A stretch of 64,000 bases of DNA from an uncultured Fibrobacterota bacterium (GTDB lineage Bacteria; Fibrobacterota; Chitinivibrionia; Chitinivibrionales; CAYFVL01). Positions 16,775-26,375 of the stretch are shown here, in pieces. The stretch spans positions 2,339 to 66,338 of the forward strand of contig CAZPHU010000007.1 in assembly GCA_964586285.1 (NCBI GenBank), given 5' to 3'. A program made the translations under genes and the position numbers. The notes under the pieces were generated by a model. That model was not told the DNA's origin, made no database searches, and saw nothing but the letters and a program-made list of their open reading frames with translations. Position 1 is the first letter of the stretch; every line of letters begins with the position of its first letter.

Positions 16775-18865
16775 ATGACTATCGAGACAAGAAAGAATCT
16801 TTTGGGCAAAACTCAGGCCATTCTCATGGCTGAGGCTGAGTCAGAACACTGGATTTCATTGATTCGCATTGGGCTGGCATCGGCATTTGCACTCATCTCT
16901 CTATATACCTATGCCGTGGGGCATGTTCCATTAGGAGCTTTTCTATTGCAGATCGGTGTTGCCCTTATTGTCGTCTTTTATTCCTCACCCTTCATTTCAA
17001 GAGCAAGCAAAAGGTTCATTGTTAAAGGTTATAGCGTTTATGTACTTACCTTTCTTGATGTTACGGTGGTAACTGCTATTATTTTTTCATATCTCATATC
17101 TGGGGAAAGAATAGAAGAAATAAACAGAGCGCTTTTTGCTTCATATTTTATAGCCATAGCTTTCACCGGCTTGCATCACAAGGTACGCTTATCCCTTTTT
17201 GGGGGAGTCCTCTCATCAATTGAACTTACAATGCTTTATGTCTGGGAGATAGTGGTTGAGGGGGATCTGTCCGGCGGTTGGGGACCGACTTATTTTTCCA
17301 GTATTGTAGTCCTGCATATCGTTGGTGTGCTGAGCGGACTTACATCACGCAACAATTTTAAATCGATCCAGAAGGTTTCCAATTCCGAGGTAAGATATCA
17401 CAATTTAGTACATCGACTTCCTCAGATGCTTTTTACCCTGAATGCACAGGGAGACTTTCTATGGGCGAATATGGCATCATATGCGATTCTGGGGGTACCT
17501 TCTAAGATTATCAGTGGCCGAAATATTCGTGATTTTATCGTTCAGCCCGAAGATTTCAGGCTGGATCCTTTTGGTACTCGCGGAACCTTTCAGGTTTCCG
17601 ACTTCAATGGTACGGTAAAGTTTGTTGATATGAACATACAGCCGGTAGACGAAAAGGATAGCCCTGTTGGGTGGGATGGAAGCATGGTGGACGTTACCGA
17701 CCGTGAACTTGCGATTGGACAGCGAGAGGAAATGGCAAACCGTTTTTTCCAATATCAGAAAATGGAATCCCTGGGCACTTTGGCAAGCGGTATGGCACAC
17801 GATTTTAACAATATTCTCCAAACTGTTAACGATTTAACCCGGAGAGTATCCGAGCAAACGGATGAAGAACAAACAAAACTTCAGATGAATCTGATTTCCG
17901 AAACACTTGTCGATGCAAAATTTCTGGTTTCGGAGCTATTTGCTTTGGGTAGGAAAAAACCTCTGGACTACAGCACACTGGATATCATCGCTTTTTTGCG
18001 AGAAACCGTTCCTCTGTTGAGTCAACAATTAGGCGAGGAATACAATATTCGTCTTAACACCACCGATGATTCTTTATTTGTACAAGCTGACCCAAATTAT
18101 CTTAAACGAATACTCCAAAACTTCTTCGGAAATGCACGTGATGCTATGCCCCAGGGCGGTTCCATCACTATCGATTGTTTTGCCCTCCGTAAGCAGGGGG
18201 AGGCAAGCAATGTGATAATACGGTTTACCGATACCGGAACCGGAATACCGGAGGAGCTTAGAGAAAAAATCTTCGACCCGTTTTTTACAACCAAGAAACC
18301 CGGCAAGGGCACTGGGTTGGGGTTAGCGCTTGTTAGGCGAATCATTACACTGCACAACGGCCAAGTTTGTATCGAAAAAAGCAGTAAGGAAGGAACCACT
18401 TTCCGCATAGAAATTCCCGAAAGTGATCGGAATGAAATAGACGTAGACACCAGGTCGGTAATGCTTAATCGCATTCAGACAACAGTTTTAATTCTGGATG
18501 ATGATCCAAAGATCCGAGACATCCTTCGTTTTTTCCTTAACGAACTTAAATATAATGTCGTTGAAGCTTCTACCTGCGAGCAGGGAGAGAGTGCACTGCA
18601 CCGTCATATTGATGATTGCAGGATCGCGATAATGGACTGGCGTTTGGGGAATGAAAACCCTCACACCATAATACAGAGTCTCAGGTCTATCAAAAGGGAT
18701 CTGATAATAATAGTGGTTTCCGGGTATCCACCTCGAGAAAAAAGTATTGAAGAGATGGGTATCTTTCGCTGGTTTACTAAACCTTACGATAAAAGTCGAC
18801 TGGATTTGGAAATCCAAAAAGCCCTTCATTTGGCCGAGAAACAATCATCCGGAGTAAACCTGTAA
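16775..18865 (+). CDS. hybrid sensor histidine kinase (multi-TM sensor, PAS, HisKA, HATPase_c, receiver)
   Basis: 696 aa. About six N-terminal TM helices, PAS-like region, H-box GMAHDFNNIL, N/G boxes (NARDAM, DTGTGI, GTGLGL), C-terminal REC domain (VLILDDDP...IMDW). Confidence 0.9.
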   Translation: MTIETRKNLLGKTQAILMAEAESEHWISLIRIGLASAFALISLYTYAVGHVPLGAFLLQIGVALIVVFYSSPFISRASKRFIVKGYSVYVLTFLDVTVVTAIIFSYLISGERIEEINRALFASYFIAIAFTGLHHKVRLSLFGGVLSSIELTMLYVWEIVVEGDLSGGWGPTYFSSIVVLHIVGVLSGLTSRNNFKSIQKVSNSEVRYHNLVHRLPQMLFTLNAQGDFLWANMASYAILGVPSKIISGRNIRDFIVQPEDFRLDPFGTRGTFQVSDFNGTVKFVDMNIQPVDEKDSPVGWDGSMVDVTDRELAIGQREEMANRFFQYQKMESLGTLASGMAHDFNNILQTVNDLTRRVSEQTDEEQTKLQMNLISETLVDAKFLVSELFALGRKKPLDYSTLDIIAFLRETVPLLSQQLGEEYNIRLNTTDDSLFVQADPNYLKRILQNFFGNARDAMPQGGSITIDCFALRKQGEASNVIIRFTDTGTGIPEELREKIFDPFFTTKKPGKGTGLGLALVRRIITLHNGQVCIEKSSKEGTTFRIEIPESDRNEIDVDTRSVMLNRIQTTVLILDDDPKIRDILRFFLNELKYNVVEASTCEQGESALHRHIDDCRIAIMDWRLGNENPHTIIQSLRSIKRDLIIIVVSGYPPREKSIEEMGIFRWFTKPYDKSRLDLEIQKALHLAEKQSSGVNL

Positions 18866-19188
18866 GTCCGATAACGCGCAAGGATTGAGGGAATTGGGTC
18901 AAACCCCTAGGGTTAGTTAAGGATTCAGGGATCAAGAAAACAATAAGATATAAAAGAAAAATGTGTCAAAAGCATGCTTTTTTATAAGAACTATACTTCA
19001 TTTTGCCCCCGTTACTTACAAAACTTCTAAACCACTGAGAAGACAAATCAATCGACTATCTGGAAAATCTATTTAGAACCCTACGGGTGGCGTTATGGTT
19101 TTCTGAGGAAACTGAATCTGAAGCCTCGCCCTGAGATTGAGAACAAAACCTTTCAAAAACAGCTCATGAGCTTGGGAATTCTGGTTGG

Positions 19189-20676
19189 TCAGGTGACTTG
19201 ATATTCTTCGCGGAATCGATATGGGGTTGTGCGAGCGTGACGTTTAAACTGTTTTTCCATTTCATCAACCGAACGGAAACCGCAGAGGGTAGCGATAGAC
19301 GTTTCGCTGGAGTGGGAGGAACGAAGGCGTTCTTTGGCTATTTCAACTCTTGATTTCATCACGAAAGAGTTGAAATCTTCGTTTATATTTTTTTTCATCA
19401 GAGAGTTGATACGTCGAGGTGAAATCTTAGTTTGTTTCGCCACTTTTTCTAATACCAGGTTCTTTTTCGTAATGTTGTTTTCAACAATTTCGAGTAGAGC
19501 GGCATAGAGTTTTCTATCTTCTTCCGACAATTCGAATTTTCTTAGGGTATTTCCTTTGTGGTGAATCGCTGAAAACACAAGCGTTGCTATAACCCCCAAT
19601 AGTAATCCCGTGAAAAAACTGCTCAGCCATAGATAGAGCGGGTTTGAAAAGAGCGGTTTTTCCAGCAGGTTGGCTTCACCCCATATAAACGGACAGTATA
19701 TATCCCGGGCATTATCCTGCACCCAGGACATTTTTTGGACTTCTGTGTTGTTGTCCAGAACCTTTGCGATTATATTCATTCCGAAAGTTTTGGGAATCGA
19801 ATTTTCGAACTGCTCTTTTGGTACACAGAAAAGGATGCTGTACCCACTGAAATTTTCCTGGCTAACAGTGATAGGAAAATCAACCTTTATGTTTTCCACG
19901 CTTATTTCAAAACCGCCGTCTTTTATAATTTTTGCGTTCTTTACGTTTTTTATCGGCGGGGAATTTAGAGGTACAATATAGGAAAGGGAATGTTTTGACG
20001 GATATGGAGAGCGGGTAAGTAAGGGATCCAAATGAATTTCTATGCCTAGTTTAGAGTATTTTTCCTGTGGAAGGTCGGTGTAGAACAGGTGATCTTCGAC
20101 TTCGACGAAAACGATTAATTCTTCTGTGTTCCATGCTACGAATGCACGCGCTTTTGCCTGACCCAAACTGGAAAGCAGCGAAATGGGTTCAACCGAAGTA
20201 ATTTCTTCTCTGGTTGAATACTTAACCTCATGTGATGGCCTATGCTCTTTCTTATGAGTGAGAAAAATACCATCCCGCCGAATAATCGAGATGTCATCAT
20301 CTTCTCCCAGCGCCTCGGCACTCACGGTCATACCTTTATAAAGCTGATTTGGAAGCGATGTTACATCCCAAAGGAATTTGAAAGGGGCTCTGGTAATTGT
20401 GGCTACTTCCAGTTCCTTGCGGCTAATTCCATCTTCCAAGAGGTAATCCGCATGGAATGTTACACTTTTGATCTCCTCACAGGCTTCAACCGATAACGTG
20501 CATACACCTGTGTTTATGGCTATTGCCTGCAACGGACTTTGAAATGATACACAGACCTGCGCGAAACACTGGCGGTTTATTCCACTTAAGAAGATAAAAA
20601 CCATAGAAAAGATAAGTAAAGATCTTTTACGTGGGTATTTTATATTTATGGCCGTATGGAAGGCTGCTGGTCTCAT
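19189..20676 (-). CDS. membrane-anchored AraC-family transcriptional regulator with large extracytoplasmic domain
   Basis: C-terminal HTH_AraC (LCGFRSVDEMEKQFKRHARTTPYRFRE). One TM helix (LWLSSFFTGLLLGVIATLVFSAI). The ~330-aa N-terminal region behind a signal-like sequence includes a CBM9/DOMON-like stretch (AFVAWNTEELIVFVEVED...GIEIHLDP). The ATG at 20676 is preferred over the GTG at 20697 listed in the track. Confidence 0.7.
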   Translation of the reverse strand: MRPAAFHTAINIKYPRKRSLLIFSMVFIFLSGINRQCFAQVCVSFQSPLQAIAINTGVCTLSVEACEEIKSVTFHADYLLEDGISRKELEVATITRAPFKFLWDVTSLPNQLYKGMTVSAEALGEDDDISIIRRDGIFLTHKKEHRPSHEVKYSTREEITSVEPISLLSSLGQAKARAFVAWNTEELIVFVEVEDHLFYTDLPQEKYSKLGIEIHLDPLLTRSPYPSKHSLSYIVPLNSPPIKNVKNAKIIKDGGFEISVENIKVDFPITVSQENFSGYSILFCVPKEQFENSIPKTFGMNIIAKVLDNNTEVQKMSWVQDNARDIYCPFIWGEANLLEKPLFSNPLYLWLSSFFTGLLLGVIATLVFSAIHHKGNTLRKFELSEEDRKLYAALLEIVENNITKKNLVLEKVAKQTKISPRRINSLMKKNINEDFNSFVMKSRVEIAKERLRSSHSSETSIATLCGFRSVDEMEKQFKRHARTTPYRFREEYQVT

Positions 20677-20708
20677 TTGAACGGGAGTATTCCTCACATG
20701 GTGATAAC

Positions 20709-20782
20709 TGGGCGCAGCTGGACTCGAACCAGCGATCTCCGCGATGTGAACGCGGCGCTCTAACCAACTGAGCCATGCGCCC
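20709..20782 (-). tRNA. tRNA-Val: tRNA-Val (anticodon CAC), CCA not encoded
   Basis: The reverse complement folds into a perfect cloverleaf: acceptor GGGCGCA/TGCGCCC, D stem GCTC/GAGC, anticodon stem CCGCG/CGCGG with loop TTCACAT, T stem GCTGG/CCAGC with loop TTCGAGT, discriminator A. Confidence 0.95.
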
Positions 20783-20794
20783 TTGCAAAGTTAA

Positions 20795-20823
20795 AATATA
20801 CTCTTGAGCTTTCTTTTTTGCAA
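20795..20823 (-). promoter_or_regulatory. candidate sigma-70-type promoter for tRNA-Val
   Basis: On the minus strand, TTGCAA (20823-20818), a 17-nt spacer, then TATATT (20800-20795), ending 12 nt upstream of the tRNA 5' end. Confidence 0.45.
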
Positions 20824-20860
20824 GCGACACCCGGCAAAACAACTATTCTGATTCTATCTC

Positions 20861-20874
20861 ATTTGCCGGCAAAT
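20861..20874. promoter_or_regulatory. perfect 14-bp palindrome ATTTGCCGGCAAAT in a divergent spacer
   Basis: Read directly. It lies between tRNA-Val and the PorV-like OMP gene and could be an operator or a small hairpin. Confidence 0.25.
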
Positions 20875-20976
20875 TGCAAATATCTCAAGGGGTATATCGT
20901 AATAACTTGGCATTGCTTATTTTAAAAAACCAACAAATTTTGGCGCTCAGTTTGGGCTTTTTCAAGTGGAAAATCG

Positions 20977-22005
20977 ATGAACCGTCTGCTGTATATATTC
21001 TTTTTTTCGATTACCATATTCTCCCGAGCCTTTGCCGGAGATTATTACGCGAATATAAATAAGTTTCTCTTTGTGCAGCCGAGTCAGCTTGCGATGGCTC
21101 AGGCTAACCTCGCATACGGACGAAATGCAGGCCCTGCCGCCAATCCCGCCAATTTACCCTTGGATTCAACAAGTGAGATATCTCTGTCCTATGGAGGGTT
21201 TTGGGGAAACGCATTCAGTACATCCGTAATTAACTACGTTACTTCACTTTCAAAATCCGACGGTTTTGGGGTGTCAATGGGTTATCTGCACATACCGGAT
21301 ATCATGGATACAAGGGGGCTTTCCACGACTGATGATGACAAAATCGTTTGGGATGAGTCCGATGTCTCATATGAAACATCATCAGAACTTTATCTGACTT
21401 TTGGTTATGGAAAAAGCTTTCGGCCGACTTCGAATCTGGCGATTTCGGCAGGCTTTTCCATTCATGCCCTTCGCCGACGCCTTCTCGAAGAGACCGGATA
21501 TGGAATCGGCGCGGATATAGGCGCTACCGCTCACTTCCTTCAAACCGGTTGGCGTTTGAGTGTCCTGGCTGATGATATTTCCACAAATTTCATCTATTGG
21601 GACGATACCTACTATGATCAAACCTTACCACATGTTCGATTGGGAGTAGGATGGCAAAAAGAGTTCCCTTATATTCATGGTCGTCTCACCGCGGCTTATC
21701 AAACTCCGGATTTGTTGCACAATGAAGGAATTCGTGTTTTACACGACAAGGAGCTTGATAAAATTGAGGTAAGGGAGGACGGAAAATACCTTGATGATAT
21801 ATCCTATCTTTTTACCGGGGGCCGCTTCGGATTTGAATACTACATCAGAAATATTGTAGCAATGAGAGTAGGTTTCCTGGCGGGACAGGTGAGTTTTGGG
21901 GGAGGGGTAAATCTTTTTGATAACAGCCTGGGAATAGATTTCGGATATGTCGGCTCGGATCTCCCCGCAACATATATCTTAAGTTTTTCTTATCGAATGA
22001 AATAA
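20977..22005 (+). CDS. outer-membrane beta-barrel protein, PorV/PorQ-like (tentative)
   Basis: 342 aa. Signal peptide (LLYIFFFSITIFSRAFA), beta-strand periodicity throughout. The N-terminal region (AMAQANLAYG...ANPANL) is reminiscent of PorV/PorQ/UPF0164-type barrels; assignment is from memory only. Confidence 0.45.
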   Translation: MNRLLYIFFFSITIFSRAFAGDYYANINKFLFVQPSQLAMAQANLAYGRNAGPAANPANLPLDSTSEISLSYGGFWGNAFSTSVINYVTSLSKSDGFGVSMGYLHIPDIMDTRGLSTTDDDKIVWDESDVSYETSSELYLTFGYGKSFRPTSNLAISAGFSIHALRRRLLEETGYGIGADIGATAHFLQTGWRLSVLADDISTNFIYWDDTYYDQTLPHVRLGVGWQKEFPYIHGRLTAAYQTPDLLHNEGIRVLHDKELDKIEVREDGKYLDDISYLFTGGRFGFEYYIRNIVAMRVGFLAGQVSFGGGVNLFDNSLGIDFGYVGSDLPATYILSFSYRMK

Positions 22006-22086
22006 TAGCGCGAATTCAAGCTGCGGTTTTCATGATCTTGAGTTCTGATTTTGTTACATAAGCTTATCCATGTACGACTGCCTTTC

Positions 22087-24063
22087 ATGAGTGTATATAA
22101 AACCGCGAAACCTCTCGATGAGGTCATACTGATTGCTGATACTGATAAATCACTTCGTGTATCAATTGCCCAGTTTCTCAAGAAGCAGGGGTACAAAACC
22201 GTAACAGCCGACACTTACGATAAAATCACGGCGGCCTGTAAGAAACACAGGCCTCAATTGGTGATAGCGGATGTGGGTATAACCGAATGTGAAGGTTTCA
22301 CCGCACTGAGTATGAAAGATACACCACCTATATTACTTCTTACATCAAACGGCTCCGAAAAAGAAATGGTCCGTATTGTCGAGACTTGTAATAAAGGTGT
22401 TAATGACTTTCTGATCAAGCCCTTTCCTTTTGAAATCCTTCATGAAAAAATCCGCAGGGTACTTAATCTGCCGGGGGCAGATCCGCAAAAGCAGCTCACC
22501 CACAAGTTGTCTCAACTTCATCGGTTTGGATTAGAAATTACAGCTACCGACAGCTTCGAAAACATTCTTGATACAGTCCTAAATTCTTGTTTAAAAGCCG
22601 CAAATGCGGACTACGGGTATTTGGACCTTGTAGATACATCAAAAAACAAACTGGTAAGGGCTCGGACTGTGAAGACAGGCACCGGTAATGGTATTACCGT
22701 CGGAGAGTCACATTCCGGTAGTACAAACCCGGCTCAGTGGGTATTTCACCACAACAAATCACTTCATCTTTCGGAGACGGATCAAAACTCGAAAAAATCG
22801 GTTTCTGATGAAATCAGTTCCGTGATTTCGGTGCCTTTGAAGGTGGCGCAGGAGATCATTGGTGTACTGACATTATATCGTAATAAACCCCAGCCCCGTT
22901 TCTCTTGCCTGGATATTAATACTATTGAAATTTTTGCGCTGCAGGCCGCAAGCGCGATGAGGAGCATTAACCGGTACGATTCTCTGACTCGTAAACTCGA
23001 GGAGCTGTCGCTAATAAGTGCATATTCCGAGAAGTTAATGGGATTGGTGGAAAAAAAAGACATCATAAAGTGTCTGTTTGAAACCGTACGTAACCATTTC
23101 CCTTTTGATATGGTCGGCTTTCTCGTGGTTAAACGAAGGTTTCATCAATTTCTTTATTGGGCTCGGAAAAAAGTTCCTAATGGGAAAATCGTTGAAATTA
23201 CTGCTGATGTAGTGGAAAAATACAACAGACAGACCAAACAGAAGCTGGTGGTCAAGAGGGTATCTCCGCGTCTTTTTGTATCTCCAGATACAACAAATGA
23301 ACATCTTGACGGTCTTTTTGAATTCTCACGAATACTCCCGGTTACTTGGGAAGATTATAATTTTGGGGCTGCTTTCTTTGCTTCTCATGAGAGAATTGAG
23401 GAAGAAAGCGGGGTTATTTCGTTTTTAACCAGTCTTATGAGTCAGACACGCATTGCATTAACCAATGCTCGTTTGTATAACGACATGAAAGAAAACTACA
23501 TCCGAACTATAAAGGCGCTGGCTATTGCCGTTGATGCCAAGGATACTTATACCCACGGTCATTCCGAAAATGTTATGAATATCGCGGAGAGCATTGCCAG
23601 AGAATTGAGTAGTGATGAAAAATGGATCGGTGCGATCCGTGACGCCGGGTTGCTTCATGACATCGGAAAGATCGGCATTCCAGGATACATTCTCAACAAA
23701 CCGGGACCGTTAACCTATGAAGAATTTAACGGTATTATGAAAACCCATACAACACTTGGGGCAAATATCGTAAAAGATGTTCCCTTTCTGCAGGAACTAT
23801 ATTCGCTTATTCTCTACCACCACGAGCATTATGACGGTTCGGGTTACCCGGAAGGATTGGTGGGAGAGAATATTCCTCTGGGAGCCAGAATACTTCATGT
23901 GTCGGATGCTTTTGAGGCCATGACCTCAAACAGGCCTTATCGCGACAGTTTGGGTAAAAAGGAGGCGTTTAAGAGGCTTCACGAACAGAAAGGCAAACAG
24001 TTTGATCCCAGAATCGTTGAAATATTCGAGTCTGTTGCCGAGAAAAAAGGATGGATCGAATAG
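22087..24063 (+). CDS. response regulator with GAF domain(s) and HD-GYP phosphodiesterase domain
   Basis: REC (VILIADTD...LVIADVG...KPF), central GAF-like regions, C-terminal HD-GYP (HSENV...LHDIGKIGIP...HHEHYDGSGYPEGL). ATG at 22087 preferred over TTG at 22051. Confidence 0.85.
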   Translation: MSVYKTAKPLDEVILIADTDKSLRVSIAQFLKKQGYKTVTADTYDKITAACKKHRPQLVIADVGITECEGFTALSMKDTPPILLLTSNGSEKEMVRIVETCNKGVNDFLIKPFPFEILHEKIRRVLNLPGADPQKQLTHKLSQLHRFGLEITATDSFENILDTVLNSCLKAANADYGYLDLVDTSKNKLVRARTVKTGTGNGITVGESHSGSTNPAQWVFHHNKSLHLSETDQNSKKSVSDEISSVISVPLKVAQEIIGVLTLYRNKPQPRFSCLDINTIEIFALQAASAMRSINRYDSLTRKLEELSLISAYSEKLMGLVEKKDIIKCLFETVRNHFPFDMVGFLVVKRRFHQFLYWARKKVPNGKIVEITADVVEKYNRQTKQKLVVKRVSPRLFVSPDTTNEHLDGLFEFSRILPVTWEDYNFGAAFFASHERIEEESGVISFLTSLMSQTRIALTNARLYNDMKENYIRTIKALAIAVDAKDTYTHGHSENVMNIAESIARELSSDEKWIGAIRDAGLLHDIGKIGIPGYILNKPGPLTYEEFNGIMKTHTTLGANIVKDVPFLQELYSLILYHHEHYDGSGYPEGLVGENIPLGARILHVSDAFEAMTSNRPYRDSLGKKEAFKRLHEQKGKQFDPRIVEIFESVAEKKGWIE

Positions 24064-24114
24064 ATTATCTTGTTTTCGGCAGTACAAACAGATTTACTAC
24101 TGAAAGGAACGGAA

Positions 24115-25089
24115 ATGCATCGAATTTTGTCGATTTTAACCATTTCATTACTGATCGTTTCCTGTCAAAAGGCAGACGAGTCGAAAGCTGACAAAGCAAT
24201 TCAGGTCAATGGTGAATGGATAAGTAAAAAACAGATTGATGAGGCATCGGTACTTCTTCGACAAGAAATGCTTCGTTATAAACCCGAGCAGGCATTTGAA
24301 GGTGTGGACGAGTCGACCCGTAAAAATGCCGCGCGGCAGCTAATGGCCAATATTTTGATGTTGCAGGAGGCCGATCGGCGAGGTATTAAGATTGATGAGT
24401 CTCGTTTCGAAGAGGAATACAGCGGTTTCAAGGAACAGTTCGGAGATAAAGCGACATTTACCCGAATGTTAACCGAAAGCGGTATAACAGAAGAGGCAAT
24501 GAAAAAGCAGCTTCGAAATGGGATGAAACTCGATTCGCTGATGAAAATACTTCTGAGTGATGTGGACACTGTCGGCATGGAAGCTGTTAGCGCGTACTAC
24601 AATGAGAACAAGGGAATCTTTACCAGCCGGAAACAGGTCCATTCGGCCCAGATTGTTTTACTTTACGGAGAAGATACAACTGCCACTCACAAATCGCAGA
24701 TGCTTGAAAAAGCAAAAGGGATAGTACAGCAATTGCGCAAAGGCGCCGATTTTGCATCTCTAGCCAAGCAATATTCTCAAGGTCCGTCGTCAAAAAACGG
24801 GGGAGATATCGGCTGGCTCAGTAAGGGAGATCTGAGAGAAGATATCGAAAACACGCTTTTTTCTCTTGAGGTCGGGGATATCAGCGGTCCCATCGTAACC
24901 GAATCCGGCATTCTTATTCTTAAGAATATCGAAGAAAAACAGGGAAAACAGAAGGAACAGAAAGAAGTCGAGGGGCGGATTCGGACCTTGTTGGAGATCA
25001 GAGAAAGAAATAAGATCGTGAGTAATTTTATCGACAGTCTCGTTCGAGAGGCTGATATCGTATATGCGGATCCTAATTTCGAGCCATAG
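24115..25089 (+). CDS. parvulin-type peptidyl-prolyl isomerase lipoprotein (SurA/PrsA-like)
   Basis: ATG at 24115 preceded by AGGAA. Lipobox SLLIVSC. SurA-like N-terminal chaperone region and a PpiC domain (GGDIGWLSKGDL...GPIVTESGILILK). Confidence 0.8.
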   Translation: MHRILSILTISLLIVSCQKADESKADKAIQVNGEWISKKQIDEASVLLRQEMLRYKPEQAFEGVDESTRKNAARQLMANILMLQEADRRGIKIDESRFEEEYSGFKEQFGDKATFTRMLTESGITEEAMKKQLRNGMKLDSLMKILLSDVDTVGMEAVSAYYNENKGIFTSRKQVHSAQIVLLYGEDTTATHKSQMLEKAKGIVQQLRKGADFASLAKQYSQGPSSKNGGDIGWLSKGDLREDIENTLFSLEVGDISGPIVTESGILILKNIEEKQGKQKEQKEVEGRIRTLLEIRERNKIVSNFIDSLVREADIVYADPNFEP

Positions 25090-25196
25090 AAACGCTTCCA
25101 TAAGCAACGTGAATGATAAATCCAAATCGAGATAAATTCACGAGGGGCTCAAATTTGGGTAATGCCAAGGCCGTTGAACTGGAAGTTTTGCGGCCT

Positions 25197-25628
25197 CTAT
25201 TTTTCGCTTTCGAGTCTGTGTCTGCCGTATTTTAATTTAAGATCGTGGAGCAGATATTCATCTCCTTGAGGTCGCATACCGGCTTGAAAGAGTGTATCGA
25301 GAGTTTCTAGTTGTTCTACAGTCTTTGCCAGCTCCTTTTGATTTCCAGTAAATACTTCCGACAGACTTTGGCGGGTCCGGGAATCTTTCTCTGCCTTATT
25401 CACCAGTCGAATACCATAAGGGCCCGCGAATTGTTTGAATGCATAAGCATGTTTGCGGAAATTTTTCTCGCGTACCATGGCTTTATACCTGGATTCACAA
25501 ATGGCCCAAAGTAAACGAGTCGCCAGTGCGACAAGGACCCAAGCCCACCATCTTCTCCCAAAGGCATAAAAAGCTAATGCACCTACGGCAACTGAGAAAT
25601 AAAAGCGGTAAATTTTGATAAAAGCCAC
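25197..25628 (-). CDS. hypothetical membrane protein (two TM helices plus helical cytoplasmic tail)
   Basis: 143 aa, last gene of a tightly packed three-gene unit. No recognisable family. Confidence 0.45.
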   Translation of the reverse strand: MAFIKIYRFYFSVAVGALAFYAFGRRWWAWVLVALATRLLWAICESRYKAMVREKNFRKHAYAFKQFAGPYGIRLVNKAEKDSRTRQSLSEVFTGNQKELAKTVEQLETLDTLFQAGMRPQGDEYLLHDLKLKYGRHRLESEK

Positions 25629-25631
25629 TGT

Positions 25632-25850
25632 CTAATTATCTCGCATCATTAAACGAATGGTTTCGGCAATCAGTTTTGCGGCTTTGGAGCTTATTTGCCT
25701 GGATGACCTTTTGGATGTTAAATCTTTTTTAAAATCCCCTGTCCCGGTATGCTTTATGCCCTGCCTATTTTCTTTAAGTTTTTTTCTTAGGAGTTGTATC
25801 TTGGAACGACGGTAACCATCAGGTGTTAAAAACTGTGGATTTTCGTACAT
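25632..25850 (-). CDS. hypothetical small basic protein
   Basis: 72 aa, Lys/Arg-rich. 3-nt gap to the downstream gene and 15-nt gap to the upstream gene. No recognisable family. Confidence 0.4.
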   Translation of the reverse strand: MYENPQFLTPDGYRRSKIQLLRKKLKENRQGIKHTGTGDFKKDLTSKRSSRQISSKAAKLIAETIRLMMRDN

Positions 25851-25865
25851 GTTACGCCCGCTTTG

Positions 25866-26375
25866 TTATGCTTTGAATTCTCTATCCAAAATCTCATTTA
25901 TGAATCGATCAAGAGATACCGGATAGTAATTATACTCGGGACAGTAGATAAGAGCCGTAGTTATGTTTTCTTGCATGGAAAGCTTGTCTCCAATCTCACT
26001 GAGGTAGTGCTCCGCGTCCTTATCCACATGATTAATGGTAAGATAATCGTTTTCAACTTTCAAGTTTCTTCTTTTGCTGTACGCAAATGAAAACAACCGA
26101 CCCTGCAGTTCACTGTCAAAGGTCTCCGGATCGAAAACATCCCCAAATGTTTCGCCCATACTGGAAGGAGAAATAATAAATTTAGGTGAAACGTTAATTT
26201 TCCCCTTTAACTCCAGGCATTTTGATGTGTCCTGATCATCGGGAGCAACAAGTATGTAAGACAACTGATGATAGCCGCTTACAATTCCGGTAATAGGCTT
26301 TCGCAAAACATCGGTTCGGTTGAAAATGCTTTGAATATGGTCGTTCGAATTAGATTCATTGAAAAAAGAAGACAT
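25866..26375 (-). CDS. hypothetical soluble protein
   Basis: 169 aa, first gene of the three-gene unit, divergent from the TolC-RND operon. No motif that I recognise. Confidence 0.5.
   Translation of the reverse strand: MSSFFNESNSNDHIQSIFNRTDVLRKPITGIVSGYHQLSYILVAPDDQDTSKCLELKGKINVSPKFIISPSSMGETFGDVFDPETFDSELQGRLFSFAYSKRRNLKVENDYLTINHVDKDAEHYLSEIGDKLSMQENITTALIYCPEYNYYPVSLDRFINEILDREFKA

Noticed and set aside
16476-18915. AAACC(G)CCTAGGG direct repeats flanking the histidine kinase gene (about 16476-16489 and 18901-18913)
   Set aside because: A 12-13 nt near-match between two spacers of this size is expected by chance at appreciable frequency, and no other sign of insertion is present.
18866-19188. 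323-bp convergent gap containing AAGGATT[G/C]AGGGA twice, a CCCTAGGG palindrome and AAAAGCATGCTTTT
   Set aside because: It shows partial word similarity to the conserved element (TAGGGTTAGT, TAAGGATT), but I could not build a convincing extended alignment. The AAAAGCATGCTTTT palindrome has no loop. It is noted only as a place to look in RNA-seq.
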